NCBI RefSeq assembly: GCF_011386835.1
Contig: NC_088791.1
Span: forward strand, 245,520,001-245,584,000
Source of the DNA: Chrysemys picta bellii
Taxonomy: Eukaryota
DNA length: 64,000 nucleotides
Direction: 5' to 3'
Each line of letters starts with the position of its first letter. The first letter of the stretch is position 1. The translations under genes were made by a program, and so were the position numbers. The notes below the pieces were generated by a model. It made no database searches, was not told the origin of the DNA, and saw nothing but the letters and a program-made list of their open reading frames with translations. This document shows, piece after piece, positions 38,176-51,164 of this stretch.

Positions 38176-39739
38176 TGTTCCACGAAAGAGTTTCTTGGGA
38201 GACTTTCTCCAGTAAAGTACAAGAATAAATAAAGGATTAGCTAGACTGGTTAACTTATCTTTCCCACACACTCAGCATTCCAATTCTATATTTTTTTTTA
38301 AGTGGTGGGGGAAATTTGTTACATTCAGGACATTCAAAAGTAGAATGGATTTAATCCAAATGCATTACTTCCTATCCCTTTTTGAGAGGGCAGGCAATTC
38401 TGGATCATATATGGTAAAACAGTTGTATATCACTATTTAGTAAGCAACAACATACATTACCACGTCTCGCATTATCCTGATTTTGCTGCTGGTTGTGAAC
38501 TATTTGAGTGCAATGCCTAAGTGGATTTAGCAGAATTTATAAATGCTTAATAGAACTGGTGTATGTTCTTTCTTTTTTGGCTTGTACTTCCATTAGGCTG
38601 TTAAGATGAGTACATACCAGTGGCTTGGTAATACAACGTTAGCTGAAAATCCGTTTCAGTTTTATTAAATTACACTTGCTAGAACATCTCAAAGCAAGCA
38701 ATCTCAGCCATCTAAGGCTGAAAAACTATTGGTTGCTGTACACAGAAAGCTATGTAATTTAACTTTTTTAGTTGAGGCCAAGAACATTCTTCAAAGAGTT
38801 TATGAATGTAACAGCTGAGCATTTCAAGAGTCTGAATTACAGCTTTACAACAACGGTTAATTTGGTTTTTAATTACTCTTGTAACAAGTTTTTGTGCTTC
38901 TATGTGAATTGCTGATACACATGTACATTCAGCTGCTTTCAGTTCTCTTGTAATTTTGCCTCAAAAACTAACAGAAAAGAAGCCTATTTTATTCAGTTTT
39001 ACATTTTAAAAGTATTTGCTATTTGGTAAGTAGATCTTATTGCATAATTTTGCACCAGAGGGATTTCTCAAGCTTTATTTTCTGTTCCAGATCTTTGCTT
39101 ATTTTGATTCTTTAAGCCCCCGAGCTGAGCTGTGCTTAGGTCCTAACTTTGGTAAAAGCTTTGTCTGTAGCACCCTCATTTGGATGCTGCTTGTCACAGC
39201 ATTCCTACTTGCTGTTTTTACGAAGGTTATCACCAGTATGCCATAGTAGCACATTTACCTTTCTGCAAGTTCTAGAGCCACCTTGACCTCACTCTAAGCC
39301 ATAGGAGGAGAGTGGAACAAAAAAACTGCAGGAAGACCAGGCTCCAGGAAGCCTGCAGACACGGAAGTGAGCTAGGTCAGCCCACTGGTCAAAAGACACC
39401 ATTGCCACATGAGCATACGCTGGAACACAATTTGCAGGAGGTGGCAGCGGTTGACACTCGCCTGCAAGCACAGCACTCAGGAGCTTGACTCAGGCTGAGC
39501 TGCAGAGAGAGGAGGCAGTGCCATCTTAAAGACATTGTGCCCGAAGGGCAAGAAGGCAAGTTGAGCAGCATCGGTTGAAAGCTTTTGAAATTCTTCCATA
39601 AAAGAACAGGGACAAACAATCATGAATTTTTTCCCCCAAACCAGCTCTACAGGCAACCGTGTATTACAGATGCCACTTCAAAAGTAATGGTCTGTGTGAC
39701 GTCACACTTCTGTCCTTGTTACCCTTGCCCTCTATTCTT

Positions 39740-39880
39740 TCCCCACGTCACATCTTAATCTAGACTCTAAATCCTTTGAGACAGAAATTGTCCCTTGCGC
39801 TACATTTGTGCAGTGCCTAGCACAATGGGGCCCCAATCCTGACTGGGTCTCCTAGGAGGTATTCCAATATAAATAATGCC
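39740..39880 (+). mobile_element. L2 / L2-tailed SINE 3' end
   Basis: tttgtgcagtgcctagcacaatggggcccc...aatataaataat. Similar tails lie near 11300-11400, 61130-61230 and 62100-62220. Confidence 0.6.
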
Positions 39881-41558
39881 TAATACAATACGGAGGTTGA
39901 CTTTTGAAAGAGAGGCAGGAGGTTAAAACAACACTAACCTCAGATGGTTAAACAAATAAAGGCAGTGAGAATGCTCTCTAATGTGATCTATCACAGATTA
40001 CGAGGCTGCATGAGAGATTTAAAAACCTGCTGTGTTATGAGAACCAAAAATTGGCCACAGAAAGGAGAATACTCCATCACAAGTTCTGTAATTTATTCAC
40101 CATAGCAATATTTTATAGCACTATTCCCCCACTCCCCCACCAAAAGAGTGTTCAGTTTTAATGGGCTATGCTCACACTGGTTTTCTTAAAAGCAGAACTC
40201 ACAAAGGGATGAGGTTAATTTGTCTTGAAGAAATCATTTGAACAAGGATTGAAACTGCTAATCCATCATCCACCTCCTACGCAACCTACTATATAAAAGG
40301 TTAGTTTTAAATATGTAAAATGTTATGCAATTGTAATTCTTTCTAGAACTGATTTTTAAGCAATCCTTTGACAACAGTCATAGAACTCTCTATTATCAAT
40401 GAAGCTAATTTATTAAAATCAAAGCTCACTAAAAATGGCCACAAACACAAATGATTCAATTTCTTTTAATCTGATTAGTGTTGCCAGCAACATTGTTAGT
40501 TATGATGGAGAAGGAGCTTTCATGCTGAGCTCTTAGTTTTATAATCTTCTAACTTCCGCCCTCAAAAAAAATCACATTAATGGCTGTGCCCGCCATCTAG
40601 TTTCAAGAAAATACGTTCCTACATCTTTTGACTTTTTAGAAAAAAATAATTTTTGTTGCAGCTATGAATTTGAAAGTGCTTTTTTTGCACTGTGACTAAT
40701 GGTTTGAACACACGTGTTAAACTTGGGATGGCTATAGTCCTCAGTGAAGAATCTGCTATGTACTGAACTGACAATATTGATGAAAGGCCCAATCCTGCTT
40801 TCATTGAAGTCTGTAGGAATTTTGCATTAAAATTCCCTGAGAGCAGCACTGGAACTAAAGTTAACAACTGAAATTACCATAGTCTTGAATGCACAGTACA
40901 TTGTTTTCCTTACTGGCTTAAGTACACCATGCAGCGATATCCGGATATAGGTATATGCAATTGTGGATATCCACATAGTGTCCAAAAGATCAAAAACTAT
41001 TAGAAATCTCTGAAGCCTCGTTTAAAAACCAAAAACCGACCCACCAGGCCTGAAGCGCTTCCATTTAGGAAATTAACAAGATATTTAAAGCAAAAGTATT
41101 CTGTGCAAACCTAGCATAAGATTCTTGCTTAAAATTACTAGAAATTGAAGTTTAAACATTTTAAATTAATAGTAATTTATAAAAACTTCTAGACTAGTAA
41201 AAGTAACAAATAAAAAAACAGCAGGTAGAGAAAGTTTAATTGCCTTTCTTTTCCTGCCCCAGCCTGATCACCCACACTTAATGTTTGTTTACAATCCTTT
41301 AGGCCTTACAGCCAAGCAGCACATATAAACTGGGTTTCTCAGTAAATTTTTTTCTTTAAGAAAAAAATAATGCTGCTTTTAAAGTTAAATTAACTCTTAT
41401 TAATATATCAGACACTTCAGAACAAGGTGCACAGAGGAAGTCTTTTCCTAGTCTCACTCTGTTAGAGGTTGATATTAGCTACAACATTCCCTACAGAATG
41501 GACACAGTAGTGTAATTGAAATGGCATGAGAGATGCAGGGACTCTACCTGGTGAACAG

Positions 41559-42296
41559 TGTAGTAAGATGAGGCCCAGAAATATAAATTCTTGTGTCAGA
41601 GGCCTAGTCTGAGGCCTGAAGCCTGAACCAAAGTACTTCCAGGCACTGCTAAGCAAAAGCTGGGCTGGGAGCCAGAGGCACGCCCCATTCACAGAAGTTG
41701 GCGAGAAGAAGGTTGTTAGAAGCAGGTGCTTAACATACAAGTGTTAAGAGGAACTTGTGCCAAGATGGCACCTGGACAGCCCGATACAAGGACACTCCAT
41801 AGACATAACAAGGAACAGGCAGGTGCATCTTAAAGACAGGACAGCATGATGGATAGATCTGTATGTCTGGAACAACATGATCAAAGGGGAGACAGCACCC
41901 TAATGAGCCAAGAGGCTGTACCTCAATACATCTGGAGGGATGAGTAATTTGTCCTATAACTGTATAAAAGTAGGTTGCGGAGTGCATATCTTTGGCCAGC
42001 CTAGGGGGCAGTGGAAAGTCCCGCCACTGACTGAGCTGTGTCCATTGCTCGGGGGCACATATTCGTAGTATGTCCTGTAGAGTCTATAGAAAACTATTAC
42101 TGTGCTTCGTTTGACAATAAACCTGGCTCGGGTTCCTTCGTACCTTACTAGAGTCTGTGGTCATTGGGGGTTCTCTCGGGGTCTGCTGTGTCAGCTATCT
42201 GCGCAGAGCTGGGGAAGCACACAGAGGGAACACGCACGCAGCCGACTGTTATCATCGAACAAGAGCAGAGCACCACACCGGTAGCTACTGATAACA
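41559..42296 (+). mobile_element. Solo LTR (738 bp), ERV-like
   Basis: TGTAG...TAACA termini, 5 bp TSD AACAG (41554-41558 / 42297-42301), TATAAAA at 41963, AATAAA at 42116. Confidence 0.88.
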
Positions 42297-42469
42297 AACA
42301 GTCAATATCACTTCAGCCTCTCACTTGCCCTGAGCAGCATATAATTCAATTGTGTGCGGACAAGACAAGCAAGGCAAACTAAAACAAAACAGCTAAGTGG
42401 TCTTGAACCAGTCAATGGCCTCTGAGTCAGCAGTGTTCAGCTTGGGAAGACCTCCAGGAAGCCCAACTC

Positions 42470-43010
42470 AAAGAACAACCATACAGCATGCATGTAACAT
42501 CTTCCACAGCACCACAGGTGCACAGGGGGCTGTTCTGGATGCCCCAGACATGGTGGTTGATCTTGGCACAGTGAACCATAGCAACCTGAACCTGTTAAGC
42601 TGGCTCCAGAGGTGGCTTGGGAGCCCAAAGCCAGGTAGCCATTCATGCAGCCTGGTGGTGATGTGGGAGTTCCTGGAGCGGCAGAGGCGCTCTCCTGTTC
42701 TGTCCATCGCTGAGAACGGATGATGTTATTAGTTGAATGGAAAGTGGGCAGCACTGCCCAGATAGGATTTCTGCTATGCAGTCAGTAGTGGGGTATATCC
42801 CCGAACAGTGGCAAGTGTGGCATTTGCTGTGCTTTGGTGAGCCATTTGTTGGCTGCATTCTAACACTGGCTGTTAAGTGGAGGAATATTGGCAAGTGCCT
42901 GGGATATTTCTCATGGTAGGATTAAGATGAGTGTCTACTAGTCGAGTGCGGGCAGAGTTTAACCATCATCACACATTGGGGTACAATGCACCTATGTTCT
43001 CAGCATGTTC
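42470..43010 (-). mobile_element. Vingi/Ingi-like LINE C-terminal fragment
   Basis: Minus-strand translation gives NSARTRLVDTHLNPTMRNIPGT and PGFGLPSHLWSQLNRFR, matching Ingi/Vingi motifs recalled as SAH..LVD..LN.TMR.I.G and PGF.LP...W..LNR.R. Confidence 0.7.
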
Positions 43011-43407
43011 CCTGTGATTACCCTTTGGGGGAAATCAAAGCTGCAAGTAGTTAACCAAATCAACTGGATCCCGCTTACTGTGGACCTAGACAAGGAAATG
43101 CTGTGAGCACTTGCTGAGAGGAAGAGCTTTCAGACTGACTGCTTGGAGAACCAAGTGGCAGCTCATAGGACAGTCAAGTTGAACCCCAAGCTAGATCATT
43201 TTTTTCCAGTCTACTTTCCAGAATTAACTTTTTTTTTCCCCCCTCTTTTTATAAATACTAACCCTTGAGGAAGAATCCTTGCTGAATGCAACCAATTTTT
43301 TAAGCTATGCCATCTGACCAGCCAACACTTGGATAGTATGTTATGAAGGTTTTCAATAGCTTGGCACCAGCAAGAAACATTTGCAACATTTGGTAGATTT
43401 TTCTCAC

Positions 43408-43606
43408 CTGCTTGCATTGCTGGCACCTGCTGCTTCTCTCGCACAAGCTGGATGATGTCCGATACCACAATTTGTGGCTCAATATCTTCTTCTTTCCCCT
43501 CATTAGACTGTCTGTCTGTTACGAAACAATTGCAGCTGCCAGTTTCCTTACATAGGATCACCCTCCAGTGCCAATAGACAGACATTAAAGTGCCTTATGT
43601 TGACTT
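43408..43606 (-). other. Candidate 199 nt exon of the host gene
   Basis: Minus strand: branch-like gctaaat, then ttttaatttctcacttttggcAG|aagtcaac...atgcaagcag|GTGAGA. Contains several ATGs; product not recognised. Confidence 0.55.
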
Positions 43607-43948
43607 CTGCCAAAAGTGAGAAATTAAAACATTTAGCGTTATTCAAGGTAAGTTTAAAAACAATGATAGTTACACACATTACCAGCACCTTTGATTTTTG
43701 GAATAGAACAAAGCCACTTTATACTTATTTAAGAGGACAGGTGCATACCCAGGATATCAGATGAGTGAAACTAGCTTTCATCCAAAAGTAACATCAGGTT
43801 TTCTTGTATGAAAAGGCCCTTCACTGAGTCTTGAACCAGAGGCCTTGAGACAGATTAAGTCAATTTAACTACAAACTGTAACATCCTAATGGAAAACAAT
43901 TACAACCTTATAAACAAGTGCATGAAAAGCCAGAGATACTTCTATATA

Positions 43949-44143
43949 CACCTCTACCCCGATATAACGTTGTCCTCAGGAGCCAAAAAAAAAAAATCTT
44001 ACCCCGTTATAGGTGAAACCGCGTTATATTGAACTTGCTTTGATCCGCTGGAGTGCGCAGCCTTGCCCCCCCCAGAGCACTGCTTTACCACGTTATATCC
44101 AAATTCGTGTTATATCGGGTCGCATCATATCGGGGTAGAGGTG
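43949..44143. mobile_element. Tigger-like MITE
   Basis: TA|CACCTCTACCCCGATAT...ATATCGGGGTAGAGGTG|TA. Confidence 0.92.
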
Positions 44144-44744
44144 TACTTTCAATGTGAGAGACCAATGCTTATATAAAAACAAATCTCTCGAACAAGGTTG
44201 CTTGGATAAAAGAGAAAATGTCCCAGGAATACAAGATTTGCAAAAAGCAAAACAATATAAATATTTAAATATTTCTTGCAAATAGGAAAGGTAAAATGAC
44301 TGTTACAGATTTGAAAAGTACATGTTAGGAAACAAATTAACTCTGAGGGCATTTTGGTGGTGGGAGGAAGACCAGGGCAGGGAAGAAGAAATGCTGTATA
44401 AGTAACTTGTTTTGGCTTCTCACATAGGGTATAGGCCTCTTGAGGCTGCCCTATTCCTGGAAGGGAAGAACTGGGGGGCAGGGAGAGATGTAAAAGTTGG
44501 TTCTCTATACAAAAGGTAAAAGCTTTAACTGTGTGTTTATGGATGGGAGAGACACCTGCAGGTTTGTCATTTACAGAAATAGATGGATAGAAATAATGCG
44601 TCTTGACCTCAAAGTCACCTGTGCTTGAAATCAAAGAACAATCATCATTAACTAGGTAATAAAGCTATATTATTTATTATATGATTTTTAACTTTGCGGG
44701 AGACATCTCAGTTCTGGAGACTTATAACTGCCAAGTTATTTGTT

Positions 44745-44880
44745 TGTAGTGTTGTATCTGTGTTGACCCCAGGATATGAGAGAGACAAGGTGGATGAGTT
44801 AATATCTTTTATTGGACCAAATTCCGTTAGTGAAAAAGACATGTTCTCAAGCTCCACAGAGCTCTTCATTGAGAAAGTCT
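44745..44880. mobile_element. Degraded Penelope-like pLTR fragment (second family)
   Basis: gtgttgaccccaggatatgagagagacaaggtggatgagttaatatcttttattggaccaa...cagagctcttc. Confidence 0.65.
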
Positions 44881-44914
44881 AGAAAGAAACAAGGCTCTAG
44901 CAAGAGGAAGTTGG

Positions 44915-45850
44915 TGTGGCCATACTGAGCGAATGGTGTGAGCATAACTTGACATGACTTAAACATGGCTGAATGGCTGCAGAGGATCCTGGGAGCAGGT
45001 TCCCTTTAAGCAGAAGCAAATTTGGTAAAGAACTGGCAAAGGCTGCATGTAGGATCAATATTGAACCTATTGGTCGGCAAATATGGACCCAGGCAAAAGT
45101 AAATATCACATGCATAAAGTTCCAGCATGGAGCACAGGTATACCTGGTTGTATGACCTTATAGCCAGGACAGCATGCAGAGAGCCAGAGTGAATGACTGA
45201 TGAGTGAGTAGATGTGGGATGATCTGTGTTCGGAACCATCCCCCTTCTAAAACACTAATTAGGTAAAAATTAGTAACCACACACCCACTGGGCATACTTG
45301 TAAGACATGTGACTCCTTTGAGGAAAAAGCGTATAAGAATCAAGCAAAGTAAATTACTGTGGTTGGGATTCCTTAATTGATGCTTGAAGAAGCAACACTG
45401 CTAGACAGAGTAGCCAACGCTCTGCTCTGTGAGCTCGAGTAGACTGTGAACCAGAGGGGTCTCAAGGCAACCAAGGCTTGATTCCGAAGGAATCCAAGAC
45501 AGACCAGAGGGCTAAGAAAAACAGACCAGGAGGAAAGAAGCGGTCTTTAAAATTGGTAACCACCTTCTCTGTTTGCCAAGCAGGAACTGTGGGAGGCTAG
45601 CGCAGGTTCTGTTTGCGTATGTTTGTGAAAGACTTGTTAAGAGGAATGTATAGCTCTTAATGTCTAACACAGGAGTTATATGGTTAATATAACCCTTTAC
45701 CCCTTGTGTAATTCATTTTCAATAAACTACTGTATTTTGCAGATTATTACTGTGGAACTTTTTCACTGGTATGACAGTAATCCACTGGGAGCAAGTAAAG
45801 ATCCATTTCAGGGATAGTAAAGCCCCGTTGTCAACATCCATCACATTACA
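44915..45850 (+). mobile_element. Probable old LTR
   Basis: AATAAA at 45721 in LTR-like context, ends ...CATTACA. No TSD recovered and 5' end uncertain. Confidence 0.35.
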
Positions 45851-47077
45851 TCAGTGAAGCAACCTGAGACAGTTTTCCTATCAGTCTAACAAACACCTTT
45901 GCAGATTTAAGTCAATATGTAGCCATAGAAAAGACAGGGAACAAAGCTGCTGGAGACCCAAATAGCTTTGCTAAGTAACTCTGGGCAAGTGAACGTGAGG
46001 GAAGAAGGGACATGTGACATCTGCTCCACTCACATTTAGTATGCACTGGACAAGGATGTGACCTATGATTACTGTACTCTCCACTTATTACAATAGCAAG
46101 AAAATATTCATTGATTCTTTTCCTTTAACTTTCTTCATATTTCCAGATGCTGACTTTGACTGCCTCAGAATAAAATTATCATCCAAGAGTATAGATGGTA
46201 ATACTGGTATACTTCGGGATTATCTGCATTATACTTGAAGGTGACAATCTTATTGATTTAAAGAAAACTGACTCAGCAAGTTTAGCTTGCAATAAAAGGA
46301 TTGTTTGTAAATAAAGAATGAGACTAGCAATGTTTTAACCATGAATCCTTCAGGAATAGTCTGAGAAGAATTAAGTATTATCTAATTAGAGTTAATTACT
46401 ATACTTTACTCACACACACACCCCATTCCTACCAAAGCCCTTCTGCTCTAAACACCGTTATAAACTGTATTTTCTCAGTGTATAAACATAAACTTGTTTT
46501 ATTTGCAGCCAACATGACAACTCCCCTCTTCTCCCAACCCCGCCTCATTTCCAAATATTGTAGGCTTTGCTGTACTTTTAAGTCTACTTTTAAAATAAAA
46601 AACAGAGTGCCTAATTTTCTAAGGTACTGAACATCCATAGCACCCACTGACTTTAATGGAAGCTGCATATACTTTGTACCCTGAGGGCAAGAAATAAATA
46701 ATTTTTTTAAATAGCAATAAGCCATTCCCACTGGTAAAAGAATACAAGTAAACAAACTGTTACTCTCTAGGAGACCTCTATTGGAGCATGTGCAGCATTA
46801 TAAGAGAGATACACAAAAATGAATACTATTATGATACAAATTAATTTGTATTTAACTCTCTGCAGGTGTTCAAACCATCAGAGGCAACCATGAAAACAAG
46901 AGGCTACACATGCAGAGATAACTATGTAACATATAATGCTGGAATTTTAGCAGAAGATAAATACTACAAAGCGTAACAGCATTTTGTACTTTATTTGTTG
47001 ATACCATCAGGACACGATCACAGAGCGTCAGAGTAATTTTTCCTTCTCAAGAGTGAAGTGAAATGCAGTAGGGTTAC

Positions 47078-48391
47078 TGTGATGTGCCCCTCTGGTATTA
47101 TCTGGACTAGTGATCTGCTAGGTCACTCCAATCCTGGACTCTGGGAGCCAGCCTTACCCTGCTCTGAGAACCCCCACTCCTGGGCTGTTCACACACAGCC
47201 TCTGGCATGTAAGCTGCTCCTTGGATTGCGCAACTAGATGACACTAGCCAATATCTCCGGTCCCAGACACAACCCTAGGAACCTCCGTCTTGCAGTGTCC
47301 AGTTATGCCTGATGGACACTGCAAGCTTATATGAGTTAGTCAATTTAACAAAGAAATTGATATGTACCAGGCTTGTTATCCCAAGGGGAGTCTCTGACAT
47401 GCTTCAAACCAAATGCACTGCTTCAGGTAGAACAGGGGTTCTCAAACTGGGGGTTGGGACCCCTCAGGGGGTCGCAAGGTTATTACATGGGGGGGGTCGT
47501 AAGCTGTCAGCATCCACCCCAAACCCCACTTTGCCTCCAACATTTATAATGGTATTAAATATATAAACAAGTGTTTTTAATTCGGGGGGGGGGGTCACAC
47601 TCAGAGTTATGCTGTGCGAAAGGGGTCACCAAAACAAAAGTTTGAGAATGACTGAGGCAGAACAAACAAATGAATTTATTAACTACAAAGATAGATTTTA
47701 AGTGATTATAAGTCAAAGCACAACAGATTTGGCCAAATGAAACAAAAGCAAAAAACGCATTCTAAGCTGATCTTAAACACTTCCAGTGTCCTTACAAACT
47801 TAGATTCTTCTCACCACAGGCTGTCTGGTTGCCTTTCAGCCAGGCTCTCCCCTTTGATCAGTGCTTCAGTCACTTGGTGGTGATGTCTGCAGATGGAGGT
47901 AGGAGAGAGAGGAAGAGCATGGCAAACATCTCTCCCTTTTATCATGTCCTTTCTTCCCTCTTGGCTTTGCCATCACCCCTTCAGAGTCAGATGAGCATTA
48001 CCTCATCGCAATCCCAAACTGACCAAGGGAAGGGTGGGTGACTCACTCAAGAGTACAACAGATCCTTGGCTGCTGCCTAGGCCAGTGTCCTTTGTTCCTG
48101 TGAGGCTGGGTTGGGTTTGTCCCGTCCCATACATGCCCTGATGAGGTGTGAACTGCCCCTCTGCTCAGAGTTTTTTTGCCTGGACTTGCTTTAAGCCATG
48201 AGGACACATTTTCAGCCTCATAACTATATACATGAAATTACAACCTATGCCATTACTATAGCAATGCTCAGTACATCATGAGCCTTCTGAAGACACACAA
48301 CATGACAAACTTTGCATTAGATACCACACAATCATATTATAAGGATCAACATGGGGGTGTAGGGTGTTCCCCCAAGGTACAGAGTGTCACA
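47078..48391 (-). mobile_element. Solo LTR carrying a nested hAT MITE
   Basis: TGTGA...TCACA termini, perfect 5 bp TSD GTTAC (47073-47077 / 48392-48396), minus-strand AATAAA near 47675. Confidence 0.9.
47433..47654. mobile_element. hAT (MER5/Charlie-like) MITE nested in the LTR
   Basis: TIRs CAGGGGTTCTCAAACT / AGTTTGAGAATGACTG, TSD AGGTAGAA / AGGCAGAA. Confidence 0.9.
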
Positions 48392-49124
48392 GTTACACCT
48401 CAGTGATCAGAAATTACTTCATAAATATTAGTTTAACCTTCACTTTGGATTTCTTGTGTTTCCTCTTTTTTTTTTTAAAAAAAAGGAAACTTCTAAAGAG
48501 ATACAGACTTACAACCTTAACTTCACCTTAATGAAGTTGTTTGCCCAGTTCATTTCTTTTATTTTAAACATAAAATAAGCAATTTAAACTTAATTTGGGG
48601 GTTAAGGGCTCAGTGACTCAGGAGGCAGAGAAGTTGTATTGAAGGAAGCATAAACACTGGGACTAAAGGAGATGGAAGTGTGGGCTTCAACAGTATAGGT
48701 GGATGTAGTTCACCGAGGGACAAGTAGCACTGGTGGAGGGTCATGAGTACACTGCAGAGAGATTTGGGGTGGAATGGAAAGGGCAGAAGGGGGGGGGGAA
48801 GGACATGCAATTACTTTGGGACATTGGAGCTATCATCATGTGCCTGCATCATTCACTGTGCCCTTGGCAGATATGAGGTCCATGAGGGTCATTCCAAAGA
48901 TACTTCAGTATCACTAGTCACATAGTGTTCATAACAGTCTTGGGATTTAGTCAAACCCAGAAAAGTGGCATGAAACTAGATTACCATTTTGGAAAAAAAT
49001 AACTAAATTTTCAGCTCAGTACTCACCAGCTGTGATATGTGATTTTTGTTTCATGACATAATGTAATAGAATGAAAACGTTTCCACTTCTCAAAGTTTTG
49101 CCTACTCTCTGAGTTCCTACATAC

Positions 49125-49209
49125 AAATGCTGCCCTGACTTGTCTATTGTTGCAAACAACCCCATTGACTTCAATGTTGTTGCAAATGGGAGAAGTCAGG
49201 GCAGAATTT
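49125..49209. repeat. Ancient short hairpin repeat (cccattgacttcaat loop family)
   Basis: Arms aaatgctgccctgactt...ttgcaaacaac / gttgttgcaa...aagtcagggcagaattt. The same loop motif recurs near 205-260, 30960-31010, 40785-40850 and 46620-46680. Confidence 0.6.
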
Positions 49210-49473
49210 GGAACCATCTGTCAATGTGTCAATGAAGCAACACAATAAAAATTTAGTTCTCGGATCAGTCAAAGAATCAGAATATAAATGTCTTCTGAAA
49301 AGGTTACCTAGAGATTGTAAGTGGATTCTGTTGGCTGGGAAAGAGACATAGCCAGGGCTTCCAGAAGACGCAATGACCCAGTGCACCACTACAGCTCATA
49401 GAGCTCCTATACAGCCCTAACCATAAGTTAAGGCTGCTTTTCCCTGGCAGAACCCCAGGAGAAGGGTGCAAAC

Positions 49474-49640
49474 TAGGGATGTAAATATCGGTTTAAAAAG
49501 TTAACCGGTTAAACGATTAAAATTATATTGTTTAACCGGGGTGGCTCTGGCTAGGGTCCCGCCCAGACCAGCCCCAACTTGGGGCCAGGGTCCCTGCGGC
49601 CAGCCAGGGTTACCGGTTAGGTCCGGTTAACAGTAACGCT
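49474..49640. mobile_element. Truncated hAT (Ac-like) MITE
   Basis: Left TIR TAGGGATGTAAA and subterminal ttaaccggttaa repeats; right TIR missing. Confidence 0.55.
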
Positions 49641-50129
49641 AATGCTCCCCGAAGGCATAGCTGCAAATTGCACCTCCATCTCCACGTCAGGAAATGTGTG
49701 AATCAAGCCCCTTGTCTATAAAGCCAGCCTGCAGCATTTAATGGATGTGCAGCAAAGTGTGCAATGAATGCAAGTATTTTGGGGGTATATATAAGAGATG
49801 TTTATTGCACGAGGTATAAGACATATGAAAGTTATATGCCGTATGGTTTGAGGAGAGAAAATGTGGGTGCGTGCACCTTGGGTTAATGAAGATTGTGCTC
49901 AAAGACTTGCACACTGTAGATAGGACACATGAGAGTTCATAATCCTCACCCAAAGAGGTAAAGCTGGTCTTGTCTGTTTTATCCAGACAGTACATGAAAT
50001 CTGAATGGTCTTTCAGTGTGTTAGCTTAACTCAGTGTTCTATTGTCACCAACCTTTCATTGGCTGTGACTTCATTAAAGCGAATGTTAAAAAAATTATAT
50101 AGTACACAGGTTAAGAAAAGGGTGTGCTT

Positions 50130-50270
50130 ACACAGGGTTCAAAAAAGAACAAGATAAATTAAATGGAGGAGAGGTCCACCCATGGCTATTAGCCAAGAAG
50201 GGCAGGAATGGTGTCTCTAGCCTCTGTTTGCCAGAAGCTAGGAATGAGCGACCGGGGATGGATCACTTAT
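50130..50270 (+). mobile_element. CR1 3' fragment
   Basis: gggttcaaaaaagaacaagataaatt...ctagcctctgtttgccagaagct...ggatggatcactt. Confidence 0.8.
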
Positions 50271-50850
50271 GTTACTCCATAATATCCCTCTTATTACAAG
50301 CCAACATACTATTGGATTTCTTTGCTGTTTCATGTTGAACTGATCTATATTGCATGAGCATTTCACTGATCACCACATTTATTTTTTGCATTATTTCTAT
50401 ATATTAATGTGTCTAATTCTCCTCAGAGCCTATTTGCTTGATCTATTCAGATTACTAGGTAAGTTACACCACTCTGGGTTTTAACCACTTCACCTATTTT
50501 AGGTATTTTACATATTATACAGTAACTTTGTCTAAATCATTAAAAAGATATAAAAATAGTACTAGTCCCAATGTAGAGCCCTGCAAGACTCCAAGCCTCA
50601 GTTTCCACATAGAACACATGTACCTTTCATTCCAACACTTTAAGAAGAAATCAGGTAATGTATTACCTAACCCTATACTTAGAATTTATTCAATAGTTCA
50701 CCATGCTCAGTATATCCATACTAATGGAAATATAGAGGAACCTCACTGATGAAGTGAGAATTAACCTACAAACCCAGTAATTCTCAAATAATTTTGAGTT
50801 TGTACCCAATCTTCAGCAAAGATTTAATAGTACATTGCTAGAACATGGTT
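50270..50850 (-). mobile_element. Old CR1 RT-region fragment
   Basis: Inverted CR1-like text (ttgctgttttcatgttgaactgatc; cagcaaagatttaatagtac); heavily degraded. Confidence 0.5.
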
Positions 50851-51164
50851 TAACAGTACTAACATTTCATTAATTTAAAATATATATTCCAGTACATTCA
50901 CTGGAATTTAAAACTATGAAGCATTATAAATAAAACTGAAGTACACTTGCCAAAATAAGTTAATGAACACATGATGCAATATTCTTCACATTCATATTTG
51001 TTTGCTTCCTTACAATGGGTCTACAAATCATTCTCAATTAGGAAGGTTGCACTGTACACAAAACAATATAGAAACTATGTGCTTAAATATAGTATGACAT
51101 ACTACAGATAGATGACTGACTTTTTCATGTAATACTAATATGGAATGTAATGCATTTTAGAGCT

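Noticed and set aside
40588-40605. CTCF-like CCGCCATCTAGT motif (also CTAGGGGGCAG near 42001)
   Set aside because: Both miss strongly conserved consensus positions, and single partial matches are expected by chance in 64 kb.
43211-43585. 124 aa ORF as a single-exon gene
   Set aside because: It runs through a good donor at 43408 into intron-like sequence; only the exon part is retained as a candidate.
49028-49115. Donor CTG|GTGAGT suggesting another exon
   Set aside because: No acceptor with a pyrimidine tract found upstream.
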